Source of the DNA: Dehalococcoidia bacterium
Lineage (GTDB): Bacteria; Chloroflexota; Dehalococcoidia; DSTF01; RBG-16-68-14
Direction of reading: 5' to 3'
Assembly: GCA_040882355.1 (NCBI GenBank)
Contig: JBBEBM010000053.1
Location: forward strand, 1 to 64,000
DNA length: 64,000 bases
Positions within the stretch are counted from its first letter, which is position 1. Each line of letters begins with the position of its first letter. This document shows positions 40,906 through 50,843 of this stretch, in pieces. The notes beneath the pieces were generated by a model that had not been told where the DNA came from, searched no databases, and worked only from the letters and a program-made list of their open reading frames with translations. A program made the translations under genes and the position numbers.

Positions 40906-41049
40906 TTAGCGCTCGCTTGCGAAGTACCGGCTGGGCGTGGTACCGAGCGCGCGCCGAAACATCGCGATGAACGAGCTGGGGCTGTCGTAGCCGACGTGAA
41001 GCGCCGCTTCCGTCACCGAGCGACCTGCCGCCAGCGCCTCGAGCGCGCT
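40906..41049 (-). pseudogene. C-terminal fragment of an AraC-family regulator
   Basis: SVTEAALHVGYDSPSSFIAMFRRALGTTPSRY with no N-terminal part. Confidence 0.75.
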
Positions 41050-41100
41050 GCCCGGCGCGGTTGACCCTGGCCGCGCCGGGCAGCACACTGTTGCGTAGCG

Positions 41101-42204
41101 ATGACCCGCCGCGCACCCCGCCTCTCGCGTCGCGACTTCCTGCGCTCCGCCGCGCTCGGCGGCTCCGGCCTGCTCGCCGCGTACGCGCTCGCCTGCGAAG
41201 ACGGCGACGACGCGGCTTCATCGACCGCAACGCCGCCTCCCGACACGGCGGTCGCCGCCACGCCCGACGAGACCGACGCGCCGCTGTCGTTCTCCTGGCG
41301 GCGACTGGCGACGAACGGCCTCCAGCCCGCGCCGCGTCGCGACCACTCGCTCGTCGCGGCAGGTTCCAGCCTCGTTCTGTTCGGCGGGCGCGGCCCTGAA
41401 GGCACGATGCAGGACCTCTGGCGCTACGACGTCGACGCGGACGCCTGGACGGAGTTCGGCGCGACCGGGCCTTCGGCTCGCTTCGGCCACAACGCCGTCT
41501 GGGACAGCGCCCGCGAGCGCGTGGCCGTCTTCGGCGGGCAGGCGGCCAGCGCCTTCTTCAACGACCTCTGGTCGTTCGATCCCGCGTCGAACGCGTGGCT
41601 CCAGCTCAGCGCAGGCGCCGGGCCAGCCCCTCGTTATGGCGCCGCCGCCGCCATCGACACGGCAGGCCGGCTGGTGCTCAGCCACGGCTTCACGGACTCC
41701 GGCCGCTTCGACGACACGTGGCTCCACGATCTCGCCTCCGGTGTGTGGACCGACGTCTCCCCCGCCGAGGGCCCGCGGCCCGTGGAGCGCTGCCTGATGC
41801 GCGCGGTCTGGGACAGCAAGGCGCAGCGCCTGCTGATGTTCGGCGGGCAGACCGACGCCACGCCCTACCTGGGCGATCTCTGGGCGTTCGACGGGGCCGG
41901 CTGGAACGAGATCGCGGTCGACCCCAAGCCCTCGCCGCGCAAGTTCTACGCGATGGCCTTCGACCCCGACGCCGGCCGCGCGGTCCTCGTCGGCGGCGAC
42001 ACCGAGGACGGCCCGGCGAACGACGTCTGGACGTTCGACTCCGCGACGAACGCCTGGACGCAGCACGCGCCTTCGGGCGAGGCGCCTTCGCCTCGCTCCG
42101 GTCACGACGCCGTATGGCTCGCGGACCGCCGCTCGCTCGTCGTGTTCGGTGGCAACGACGGCACGAACGACCTGAACGACCTCTGGGAGCTGACCGTAAC
42201 GTAA
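41101..42204 (+). CDS. Tat-exported Kelch-repeat lipoprotein
   Basis: SRRDFLR, LAC, six FGG..DLW-type repeats. Confidence 0.88.
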   Translation: MTRRAPRLSRRDFLRSAALGGSGLLAAYALACEDGDDAASSTATPPPDTAVAATPDETDAPLSFSWRRLATNGLQPAPRRDHSLVAAGSSLVLFGGRGPEGTMQDLWRYDVDADAWTEFGATGPSARFGHNAVWDSARERVAVFGGQAASAFFNDLWSFDPASNAWLQLSAGAGPAPRYGAAAAIDTAGRLVLSHGFTDSGRFDDTWLHDLASGVWTDVSPAEGPRPVERCLMRAVWDSKAQRLLMFGGQTDATPYLGDLWAFDGAGWNEIAVDPKPSPRKFYAMAFDPDAGRAVLVGGDTEDGPANDVWTFDSATNAWTQHAPSGEAPSPRSGHDAVWLADRRSLVVFGGNDGTNDLNDLWELTVT

Positions 42205-42348
42205 TCTTCACATCATTCGGCTCCCTCGCCTCTTGTCCCTTCGAGCCGACGATAGCTATGATAGGTATGCACGACATCGATAGCGACGAAAGACAGCGTC
42301 TATAGCTCCAGCCGCCGCGATAGATTCGAGTGAAGGAGCGGGCCCCGC

Positions 42349-43710
42349 ATGGTAACAGCCACCAAGATCAACACCGAGCGCGTCTACTACAACTACCAGG
42401 GCAACCTGCCGCCGATCCCGATGGAGGAGCAGCCGGCCACGCCGCCGCCAGTCGACGATCTGCCGAAGCTGATCACCGACACCACACTGCGCGACGGCGC
42501 CCAGGACAGCCGCATCGCCCTGTTCCCGCACGAAGCGCGAGTGCGCTACTACGACTTGCTGCACGGCCTCGATAACGGCACCGGCACGATCTACGCTGTC
42601 GAGGCGTTCATCTACCAGAAGCGCGACGCCTGGACGCTGGAGCAGCTCCTCGACCGAGGCTACGAGTGGCCGAAGGTGACCACCTGGACGCGCGCGACGC
42701 CCAAGGACATCAAGCAGCTCGTCGACGTCTCGCAGGGGCGGGTGAAGGAGACGGGCATGCTCGCCTCCGCGTCCGACCACCACATCTTCGACAAGCTCGG
42801 CTTCCGCAGCAAAGAGGAGGCCGCCGAGAAGTACCTGCAACCGATCGAGACCGCGCTCGAGCACGGCATCACGCCTCGCGTCCACCTCGAAGACTGCACC
42901 CGCGCCGACATCTACGGCTGGGTGATCCCCTTCATGCAGCGCGTCCTCGACGCGAGCAAGGGCATCGCCAAGTTCCGCATCTGCGACACGATCGGCTGGG
43001 GCGTGCCCGACCCCTACGCCGCGCTCCCCTGGGGCATCCCGCGCCTCTTCCAGGTGCTGCGCGAGGAGACCGGCGCCGAGCTCGAGTTCCACGGCCACAA
43101 CGACTTCGGCCTGGCGACGGCCAACTCCGTTATGTCGTGGCGCTTCGGTGCGAAGAAGGTGAACGCGGCGTTCGGCGGCCTGGGCGAGCGCACCGGCAAC
43201 ACGTCGCTCGAGCAGATGATCGCCGCGCTCGTTCGCTACTACGGCGACCCGGGCCTGGACCTGACGGCGCTCGAGGAGATGAAGACGCTCGTCCACGGCG
43301 AGGTGACGCCGCTGCCCGACCGCGCTCCGATCATCGGCGAGGTGTTCACGACCGCCGCCGGCATCCACCAGGCGGGCGTCGCCGCGCAGCAGGATGCGCC
43401 GGGCGGGCTGATCTACCTGCCGTTCTCGGCGTCGCTGTTCGGGCGCAAGGAGGTCGAGCTGAGCCGGGTCGGGTCGCTCTCCGGCTCCGAGGGCATCGTC
43501 TCGATCCTCAACCGCGAGATGGAGCGCGCCGGCAACGAGCAGCGCTTCTCGAACACGAGCCGCGTCGTGAAGCAGATCTACGACAAGATCCAGGACGCCT
43601 ACGACGGAGCGTTCGACGAGAGCGCGAAGACCTTCGCCAACTACCGCCGCGACTACTACACCGCCGACGAAATAGTAGCGATGGCGCGGGAGCTCGGCGC
43701 TTTTAACTAG
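42349..43710 (+). CDS. DRE-TIM metallolyase, Re-citrate synthase-like
   Basis: ITDTTLRDGAQ, RICDT.G.G, EFHGHNDF, GERTGN. Confidence 0.7.
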   Translation: MVTATKINTERVYYNYQGNLPPIPMEEQPATPPPVDDLPKLITDTTLRDGAQDSRIALFPHEARVRYYDLLHGLDNGTGTIYAVEAFIYQKRDAWTLEQLLDRGYEWPKVTTWTRATPKDIKQLVDVSQGRVKETGMLASASDHHIFDKLGFRSKEEAAEKYLQPIETALEHGITPRVHLEDCTRADIYGWVIPFMQRVLDASKGIAKFRICDTIGWGVPDPYAALPWGIPRLFQVLREETGAELEFHGHNDFGLATANSVMSWRFGAKKVNAAFGGLGERTGNTSLEQMIAALVRYYGDPGLDLTALEEMKTLVHGEVTPLPDRAPIIGEVFTTAAGIHQAGVAAQQDAPGGLIYLPFSASLFGRKEVELSRVGSLSGSEGIVSILNREMERAGNEQRFSNTSRVVKQIYDKIQDAYDGAFDESAKTFANYRRDYYTADEIVAMARELGAFN

Positions 43711-43896
43711 GCACGGCGCTTCCCCTTCGGAGCCTGCCCTGAGCGAAGCGAAGGGTCGCCATGGAACGAGAGCTCGGCGCGCTGCAGTAGCGCACCCTCA
43801 CGTGCCACCACAGCCGAAGCCGCGGCACGCGCCGCGGCTTCGTGTATAATGCGCGCGAACGGGCGGGCCTGCCTAGCACCCGCTAGTCCATGTCTC

Positions 43897-45231
43897 ATGG
43901 GATTCGCAAGAAGAATCGGTCTCGCTGCATTCCTGGCTAGTGCCGCCCTGGCAGTCGACGTCCTCCACGCCTCCGCGCAGCAGCCCACACCTACGGCATC
44001 GGCTCCGAGCGACGCGTCGGACCAGGGCTTCTTCGACGGCTTCGGAGTCAGCGAAGCACTAGACGCCATCATGATCGTCGGCTTGGGCGTTTTGGGGTTT
44101 TGGCTCTACAGGGTTCAGGGCGAGCGGATGAGCCTTCTCAGGCAGGAGACTCAAGGCGCGAGGGACGACTTGGACGACCAGCGCAAGGACTGCGCCGACG
44201 AGATCGACCGCGAGCGCCGTCACACTGAACAACTACGTGAGCAGCACTCGGCTGCCGAGGAGCTGCTGCGGCGCCAGCTTGACGACTTGCAGCGAACGGC
44301 GGGAATCGATGCCCACGGCCTGGTTACGGCCGGGCGGATCGAACTTCCAAGCGACGTGAAGGCCAACATTCTGGAGACCTTGTCACTGGTGCGTGAAATG
44401 GCCGCAACCCGTGAAGCCGGACTGGCAACCGCCCTCGCGCCGTCGCCTGAAGACATTCTCAAGCAGCAAGTCTCTGAAGCTAACAGCCTCTTCGCTGCTG
44501 GGAAGTACGAGGAAGCGGCCGAGCTCTATTCCAGGGCCTCACAAGTCGACCCAGGCAACGTGGACGCGCTCCCGAATCTCGGTGCGGCTCTGTTCCGAAT
44601 GGCCCGGTATCAGGAGGCTCTGGACGTAATATCGCGTGCTCTAGAGCAGCGCCCAGACGATCCAGCATCATTGACGAATCTCGGCACAATCCTGGTGGCG
44701 CTAGGTCGCCCAGATGAGGCATTGGACGCCCTAACCCGTGCCGTGGCGATCGAACCGGACAGTCCGGCGGCGCTCAATGGTCGAGGCGCAGCGCTCCTCG
44801 AACTCGGACGTTTCGAAGAGGCCACCCGCGATTTGAGCCGTTCCTTGTCCTTAAGTCCGGGTGATGCGCTGGCGCTCAACAATCTGGGTGCCTGCCTCGA
44901 CCGTCTGGGAGAGCCCGTTGCGGCCAGAGCGAAGTACAACGAAGCTGTGGACCTTGCTCCGGAGGAAGCGCTATTCAGACTGAACCGTGCGAGCCTGGAG
45001 GCGAGGAGTCGTGATGTGCAGGCCGCTGAGAGAGACCTAGATTGGATACTCGGGCACAACGATTCTCTTCGCTCTTTCAGGAAGCGATACGCCGCACGCG
45101 CTGGCTCACACTCATACTTCCAGCCGCTGCGAGATAGTCGCCGGCTCGCGCGGAAGTTTCGGGCGATAGTCGGCGAGAACGAGCCGACACCAGCAGAAGC
45201 GGCGCCCACGGGTCCTGACGGCGCCGCCTAG
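43897..45231 (+). CDS. membrane-anchored coiled-coil/TPR protein
   Basis: signal peptide, TM helix, repeated NLG..L TPR units; atypical codon use. Confidence 0.8.
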   Translation: MGFARRIGLAAFLASAALAVDVLHASAQQPTPTASAPSDASDQGFFDGFGVSEALDAIMIVGLGVLGFWLYRVQGERMSLLRQETQGARDDLDDQRKDCADEIDRERRHTEQLREQHSAAEELLRRQLDDLQRTAGIDAHGLVTAGRIELPSDVKANILETLSLVREMAATREAGLATALAPSPEDILKQQVSEANSLFAAGKYEEAAELYSRASQVDPGNVDALPNLGAALFRMARYQEALDVISRALEQRPDDPASLTNLGTILVALGRPDEALDALTRAVAIEPDSPAALNGRGAALLELGRFEEATRDLSRSLSLSPGDALALNNLGACLDRLGEPVAARAKYNEAVDLAPEEALFRLNRASLEARSRDVQAAERDLDWILGHNDSLRSFRKRYAARAGSHSYFQPLRDSRRLARKFRAIVGENEPTPAEAAPTGPDGAA

Positions 45232-45551
45232 CTCGGCGGCGTGTAGGTCGACTGCTTCGCCTTCCGCATGGCGCGGACGCCTTCGGCGCGCGACATCAAC
45301 GGCGTGGTCTTGATCGACTTCACGGCGCCGCGCGCAGCGACGGACATCGAGAACGCGGCGGCCGTCACGTTGTCCGGCATCTGCACGATCGCGACCACGT
45401 CGTACTCGCCGAACGCGAAGTAGCCCTCGACGAGCTTTCCGCCGAGCTTCTTCACCGCCGGTGTCACCGCCTCGATGCGGTCTTGCGGCTTCGCCACCAT
45501 CGTTGCCCACGCCTCGGGTGTGTACGCGACTTCCAGTAGATAGAGTGCCAT
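45228..45551 (-). CDS. GYD domain protein
   Basis: FGEYDVV; AAGGAGG SD. Confidence 0.88.
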   Translation of the reverse strand: MALYLLEVAYTPEAWATMVAKPQDRIEAVTPAVKKLGGKLVEGYFAFGEYDVVAIVQMPDNVTAAAFSMSVAARGAVKSIKTTPLMSRAEGVRAMRKAKQSTYTPPS

Positions 45552-45684
45552 GTGCTGAACCTCCTTGCTTAAGTTGCCATCATTATAGGGCCGCCCGCGC
45601 CCCCGTCAACGCGGCCCCGCTCGATCCGTGGTCGTGCTCTCGTATACTGGGGACGCGCGAACCGAGGTTCGCAGGAGGTACGCG

Positions 45685-45909
45685 ATGGCCGAGCTGGTGA
45701 AGGACGTGGTCTGCGGCATGGACGTCGACCCCGACGCGGCGCCCGCGCAGTCGGAGTACGGGGGCGCGACCTACTACTTCTGCGCCGTCGGGTGCAAGGA
45801 GGCGTTCGACGCGGACCCTGCGAAGTACCTGAGCGGGGAGGCGCCGAAGGAGATGCCGGCGCCAGCGGGCGCGTCGTCGAAGAAGTGGTGGGAGTTTTGG
45901 AAGGTGTGA
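45685..45909 (+). CDS. YHS domain protein
   Basis: DVVCGM..YYFCAVGC..F..DP.KY; KKWWEFWK tail. Confidence 0.88.
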   Translation: MAELVKDVVCGMDVDPDAAPAQSEYGGATYYFCAVGCKEAFDADPAKYLSGEAPKEMPAPAGASSKKWWEFWKV

Positions 45910-45954
45910 TGGGACGTCTCTCTTCCCACCCACCCGCCCAGAGAGGATGGTGAT

Positions 45955-46032
45955 CTGGGGGACACTCCTTCGGCTTCGCTCAGGACAGGCCCCAGACCCC
46001 CGGCAGCGGGGCTCCGCCCCTCTGCACTCCCC
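45955..46032 (+). repeat. nested miniature repeats
   Basis: GGGGGACAC..CCCAGACCCCCGGC element interrupted by CCTTCGGCTTCGCTCAGGACAGGC; relatives at 43732-43754 (reverse) and 32984-33010. Confidence 0.55.
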
Positions 46033-46080
46033 GTCACGAACCGCCTGGAGTGCGGTAAAGGAAAGGGCAGGAGAAGCACC

Positions 46081-46623
46081 GTGGCTGACCAAACCGCGAT
46101 CGACGATCTCATTGCCAAGATGACGGAGGAGCGCGAGAAGCTCCTCGCGCAGATCGAGGCGCTGGACGAAGATGCCGCCGAGCAAGCGCCCGCCGACGGC
46201 GAGGGCGAGGCGCAGTGGTCGGCGAAGCAGCAGTGCGCCCACCTCGCCGAGATGGAGACGGCGTATCGCGCGTGGGTGGCGCGGGCGCTGGCGGAGGACA
46301 ATCCGGATGTGTCGACCACGCGCGGCGAGCCCGTCGCGATCCCGCTCGACCAGGCGAACGGGCATCCGCTGCGAGACCTGACGTCGCAGTTGCGCGCCCA
46401 GCGCGAGACAACGTTGGCGCTGATCCAGACGCTGCACCCGGAGGACTACGAGCGCACCGCCTCGCAGCGCATGTTCGGCTCGCTGACGGTGCTTCAGTGG
46501 CTGCGTTCGTACTATCGACACGACCGCATGCACCAGGACCAGATCGCGGGCCGCGACCCGTCCTATAAGCCGCGCTACGCCGGCGGCGGCGAGCCGGACC
46601 AGCGCCGCACGCGCATTCAGTAA
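46081..46623 (+). CDS. DinB family protein
   Basis: [10 protein letters not shown] and HDRMH. Confidence 0.8.
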   Translation: MADQTAIDDLIAKMTEEREKLLAQIEALDEDAAEQAPADGEGEAQWSAKQQCAHLAEMETAYRAWVARALAEDNPDVSTTRGEPVAIPLDQANGHPLRDLTSQLRAQRETTLALIQTLHPEDYERTASQRMFGSLTVLQWLRSYYRHDRMHQDQIAGRDPSYKPRYAGGGEPDQRRTRIQ

Positions 46624-46631
46624 CGCCAAGC

Positions 46632-47615
46632 ATGGCCCGGCCGCGCGTTTACGTCACCCGCGAGCTCCCCGGCGACGCGCTCGACCGCCTGCGCCGCGAC
46701 GCGGAGACCGAGGTCTGGCGCAACGAGCTGCCGCCGCCGCGCGAGGAGCTGCTCCGCGCGGTCCGCGACATCGATGGCCTCATCTCACTGCTCACCGACA
46801 CGATTGACGCCGAGCTGCTCGACGCGGCGCCGAAGCTGCGCGTTGTGAGCAACGTCGCCGTCGGCTACGACAACATCGATGTCCCGGCGGCGACAGCGCG
46901 CGGAGTGCTCGTTTGCAACACGCCCGGCGTCCTCACCGAGACGACGGCCGACTTCGCGTTCGCCCTCCTACTCGCCGCCGCGCGACGCCTGCCCGAGGCG
47001 GAGCGCGCCGTGCGCGAGGGGCGCTGGAAGACCTGGCACCCATCGTTCCTGCTGGGCCGCGACGTCTACGGCGCGACGCTGGGCATCGTCGGGCTGGGCC
47101 AGATCGGCGAGGCGGTCGCCCGCCGAGCGCGCGGCTTCTCGATGCGCGTCCTCTACACGAACCGGACGCGTCGGGACGACCTCGAGCGCGAGCTGACCGT
47201 CGAGTCCGTGGGATTCGAGGATCTGCTCGCCCAAGCCGACTTCGTTAGCGTGCACGTACCGCTCACGCCGGAGACGCGCCACATGTTCGACGACGCAGCC
47301 TTCGCGCGCATGAAGCCGACGGCCATCCTCGTGAACACGTCGCGCGGCGCCGTCGTTGATGAAGGCGCCCTCCGCCGCGCGCTCGAAACGAAGCAGATCG
47401 CCGCGGCGGCGATCGACGTCGCGGAGCAGGAGCCGCTGGCGAGCCACGACCCGCTCCTGCGTCTGCCGAACCTCCTCGTAACGCCGCACATCGCTTCGGC
47501 GAGCGTCGCGACGCGGGAGCGCATGGCCGCCATCGCGGTCGACAACGTGCTCGCGGCGCTGGCGGGCCGGCCGCCCCTCCACTGCATCAACCCGGACGGA
47601 CGCCCCGCAACGTAG
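46632..47615 (+). CDS. glyoxylate reductase / D-glycerate dehydrogenase
   Basis: [27 protein letters not shown]. Confidence 0.9.
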   Translation: MARPRVYVTRELPGDALDRLRRDAETEVWRNELPPPREELLRAVRDIDGLISLLTDTIDAELLDAAPKLRVVSNVAVGYDNIDVPAATARGVLVCNTPGVLTETTADFAFALLLAAARRLPEAERAVREGRWKTWHPSFLLGRDVYGATLGIVGLGQIGEAVARRARGFSMRVLYTNRTRRDDLERELTVESVGFEDLLAQADFVSVHVPLTPETRHMFDDAAFARMKPTAILVNTSRGAVVDEGALRRALETKQIAAAAIDVAEQEPLASHDPLLRLPNLLVTPHIASASVATRERMAAIAVDNVLAALAGRPPLHCINPDGRPAT

Positions 47616-47679
47616 GCCGCATGGCGTACGCCGATCTGCGGTCTTGACAAGTGCCGCTCTCGGAGCTACCGTAGCGTTA

Positions 47680-47895
47680 GAGGAACCCGCACCGGCATGG
47701 GATAGTTCCGAAGGGAGGTCCTCATGAAGAACAGCATTCGGGTCCTCTGGGGTGTTTGGCAGGTTGACAGGTCACGCCCTACAGGCGCCGTCTGGTAGGG
47801 CACCCCGGAACCGCCGAACCTCGCGTGACGCGGTCACGACTGTTGGAAGGAAACCAGCCACACCGCTCGGGGGCTACCCGATTTGCGGGGTCGGC
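47680..47895 (+). ncRNA. candidate structured RNA, 6S-like
   Basis: TTGACA(47644)-17-TACCGT promoter; 5' and 3' ends complementary; extensive internal pairing. Confidence 0.35.
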
Positions 47896-47974
47896 GGAAG
47901 CGAACTACACGGAAGTGAACGTGTAAGGGCTTTCTCAGCAATGGGAAAGCCCTTATGCTAGAGCAGGATGCTCC

Positions 47975-48634
47975 ATGCCGCCACGCCGTCCGCTTAGTCG
48001 CAGCAGCAACCTCTGGTTGGCGGAGACCCTCTGGAAACTGGGCGCCATCCAGTTCGGCAGCTTCACGCTCGGCCGCACGACCGTCGATTCGCCGGTCTAC
48101 GTCAACCTGCGCCTGCTGATCAGCCACCCCACCGCCCTCTGGCGCGCCGCCCACATCATCTGGGACGAGCTGCAGACGTTGCAGAGCATGCTCCACCCCC
48201 AGGTGCAGCCGTTCGAGCGGGTGGCAGGCGTGCCGTTCGGCGGGCTGCACGTCGCGAGCGCGTTCTCCCTCACCGCCAAGGTTCCCATGATCTACCTCCA
48301 CCCACGGCCGGACGACCTTGGCAGGGACATCGAGGGGGTGTACCACCCGAACGAGCGCGCCCTGATCATGGACGACCTGCTCGCCGGGGGCGGCAGCATC
48401 CTGGAGACGGCGCTCCAGCTCGGCGAATCTGGCCTCATGGTGCGCGACGCGGTCGTGCTGCTCGACCGCCAGCAGGGCGGCCGCGAACGCCTGCGACGCC
48501 AGGGCATCAACCTCGTCTCGCTGCTCACGCTCGAGGTGCTGATGAACTACCTGATGTCCAGCGGCAAGATCACGGAGGACCAGTACCGCCGGTCCATGGC
48601 GTTCCTGGAGACACACCGCCACCTTGAGACGTGA
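47975..48634 (+). CDS. orotate phosphoribosyltransferase-like protein
   Basis: FGSFTL..SPVYVNLR, GVPFGG, IMDDLLAGGGS PRPP loop; usual RK..K loop absent. Confidence 0.75.
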   Translation: MPPRRPLSRSSNLWLAETLWKLGAIQFGSFTLGRTTVDSPVYVNLRLLISHPTALWRAAHIIWDELQTLQSMLHPQVQPFERVAGVPFGGLHVASAFSLTAKVPMIYLHPRPDDLGRDIEGVYHPNERALIMDDLLAGGGSILETALQLGESGLMVRDAVVLLDRQQGGRERLRRQGINLVSLLTLEVLMNYLMSSGKITEDQYRRSMAFLETHRHLET

Positions 48635-48715
48635 CCCCGATATTGCCTCAACCGCTAGCCCCGTTATACTGATTCCGTTAGCCAGGACTATGTTCGGAAA
48701 GAGGGAGGAAAACCC

Positions 48716-49284
48716 ATGAGGAACCTATGGCGCCTGTGGCTGGTCGTCGGGGTGCTTGCGCTCGGCGCGTTCGTAGTGGCGNNNNNNNNNNCCCCCACGG
48801 CGATGACGGCGGCAACGCAACCGCCACCGAAGAGGCGACCTCCGAAGACGGCGGTGACGGCGACGCGGACGCGACGGATACGCTCGAAGATGGCGAGGAG
48901 GACCCGACTGAGGAAGACGGCGACGGCGGAAGCTCGGGCTCGTCAGACGTACCGCTGCCGGATGGCGCGAATGAGGAGTCGAGCCTGACGTACTCCGGAT
49001 CGCAGCTCCCCTTCCCGATTCCTTCCGAATCGGGCGTCGATGCCAGCACCTTTGGCGAGCTCACCGTCAAGACCTACACCGTGGACGGCTCGCCGGAGGA
49101 CATCGTCGACTTCTACAAGGACAACCAGGGCGATTGGGAAGAAGCCTATGGAGTGACGACCTCGGAGGGCGGGCTGCTCCTCTGGACCATGGATGACGGA
49201 CAGCAAGCCGCCTGGATCGTGACAGCCCCGGGCAGCGAGGACGGTACTACAAGCCTCACCGTTGCCAGCGGCCACGCCGAATAA
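48716..49284 (+). CDS. probable acidic lipoprotein spanning an assembly gap
   Basis: signal peptide before the Ns and an acidic ORF after; 10 N at 48782-48791. Confidence 0.6.
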
Positions 49285-49359
49285 CAACGGCGTAAGCGAG
49301 AGCAGGAGAGTCCGGGAGCGACGCGCCCGCACTCTCCTCTTACTCGACGATCGGTCAGC

Positions 49360-49575
49360 TCAGAGCAGGCGGCGGACCGGTTTGCGGCCCGGCCGCGGGT
49401 CGTAGTTCGACTTGAACATCTCCAGCTTGTCGCGCTCGATGAGATACTTGCCGGCGAAGAGCACCGCCGGCACCTTCTTCTGCTTGATCAGCCGGCGCAG
49501 GCTCTGCGGATGAATACGCAGGATCCTCGCCGCTTCCACGAGATCGAGGTAGTTATCGAACGGGTTGGATGCCAT
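49360..49575 (-). CDS. small HTH_17 (excisionase/BldC-like) DNA-binding protein
   Basis: LDLVEAARILRIHPQSLRRLIKQKKVPA; AAAGGGGAG SD. Confidence 0.88.
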   Translation of the reverse strand: MASNPFDNYLDLVEAARILRIHPQSLRRLIKQKKVPAVLFAGKYLIERDKLEMFKSNYDPRPGRKPVRRLL

Positions 49576-49878
49576 ACGCTCCCCTTTGGCCGACTAAGAT
49601 GCTAACACACGTGCATAAATATACCACAAGATGTCAACAGAGTGAAGCTACCTCTTGCGCCGCCTGACCCGGCCCGCCCGCTTGAGCACGGCGTCCCGAT
49701 AGGCCGGCCCCAGGCCGGCGCCGTGCTTCTTCATCCGGCGCCGCTCGGCCTCACGACGGCCTTCGCGCCGGCGCCAGCGCGCCGGGCGCTCCTCGTTGGC
49801 TTCTCGGTCAGCGCGCGGGCTCATCGAACGGGATCCATGCGTCGCGATTCCTTCCGGGTACGCTCGCTATAGTGTGAC

Positions 49879-50712
49879 ATGCGGCCAAAGGGGCCCGTCA
49901 ATGTGCTCGATCGCTTCGGAGAGGAGCGACAGCGCCTGCTCACGCTGCTCTCCGGCCTCTCGCCGGAGCAGTGGCAAGCGCCGACGCCGTGTCCGGACTG
50001 GTCGGTAAAGGATCTGACGGCGCACATCCTGGCCGACGACCTGGGCAACCTCTCAGGCGGGCGAGACGGTTTCGACGGGCCGGCCAACTGCGATCTCTCG
50101 AACTGGGGCGAGCTTGTCGCCTTCATCAACGAGCGCAACGAGGAGTGGGTGCGCGCGACGCGGCGTCTGAGCCCGCAGGTGTTGATCGAGCTCCTCTCGT
50201 CGAGCGGTGACCGGGTCCTCGATCACTTCCGATCCCTCGACCCGCTTGCGCTGGGTGCGCCGGTGAGCTGGGCGGGCCCCCAGCCGGCGCCTCGCTGGCT
50301 GCACGTCGCCCGCGAGTACACGGAGCGCTGGCTGCACCAGCAGCAGGTCCGCGAGGCCGTCGGCGCACCCGGACTCTTCGAGCGTCGCCTCTTCGCGCCG
50401 GTGCTGGACACCTTCGTCCACGCACTTCCGCGCACCTACAGCGAAGTGTCCGCACCGGAGGGCGCTCACGTGCGCGTCGTCATCAGCGGCGATGCCGGGG
50501 GTGCCTGGTCGCTTGTGCACCACGAGGGCGCATGGCGCCTCTTCGAGGAGATCGCTGCCGAGGCGACGGCGGAGGTCGCGCTCGACGAAGACACCGCCTG
50601 GCGGCTATTCACGAAGGGCATCTCGCGCGGGGCCGCGCGCAAGCGCATGCGCCGGTCCGGCGATGAGAGGCTGGCGCTCGTCGCGCTCGACACAGTCGCC
50701 ATTATCGCTTAG
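49879..50712 (+). CDS. MDMPI-family (DinB superfamily) protein
   Basis: TPCPDWSVKDLTAH and ERWLHQQQVR. Confidence 0.85.
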   Translation: MRPKGPVNVLDRFGEERQRLLTLLSGLSPEQWQAPTPCPDWSVKDLTAHILADDLGNLSGGRDGFDGPANCDLSNWGELVAFINERNEEWVRATRRLSPQVLIELLSSSGDRVLDHFRSLDPLALGAPVSWAGPQPAPRWLHVAREYTERWLHQQQVREAVGAPGLFERRLFAPVLDTFVHALPRTYSEVSAPEGAHVRVVISGDAGGAWSLVHHEGAWRLFEEIAAEATAEVALDEDTAWRLFTKGISRGAARKRMRRSGDERLALVALDTVAIIA

Positions 50713-50789
50713 GGGTTTCCTTCGATTGACCGGCCTTCCGAGCCGGTGCTACACTGCCAGTGCTCCCAGCGAGCGCACCGTAGAGGCCC

Positions 50790-50817
50790 AAGGGCCGTGG
50801 GCACGGCCCTTCTTGTT
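50790..50817 (+). terminator. terminator-like hairpin in the metE leader
   Basis: AAGGGCCGTG-gg-CACGGCCCTT then CTTGTT, downstream of a TTGACC-18-TACACT promoter. Confidence 0.55.
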
Positions 50818-50843
50818 ATGTACGACCTGAGAGGACAGCGCCC

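Noticed and set aside
47680..47820. c-di-AMP riboswitch, PyrR site or IscB omega-RNA
   Set aside because: Only scattered short word matches; conserved cores and associated genes are missing
49360..49575. prophage excisionase or integrated element
   Set aside because: No integrase, tRNA, att site or phage genes nearby
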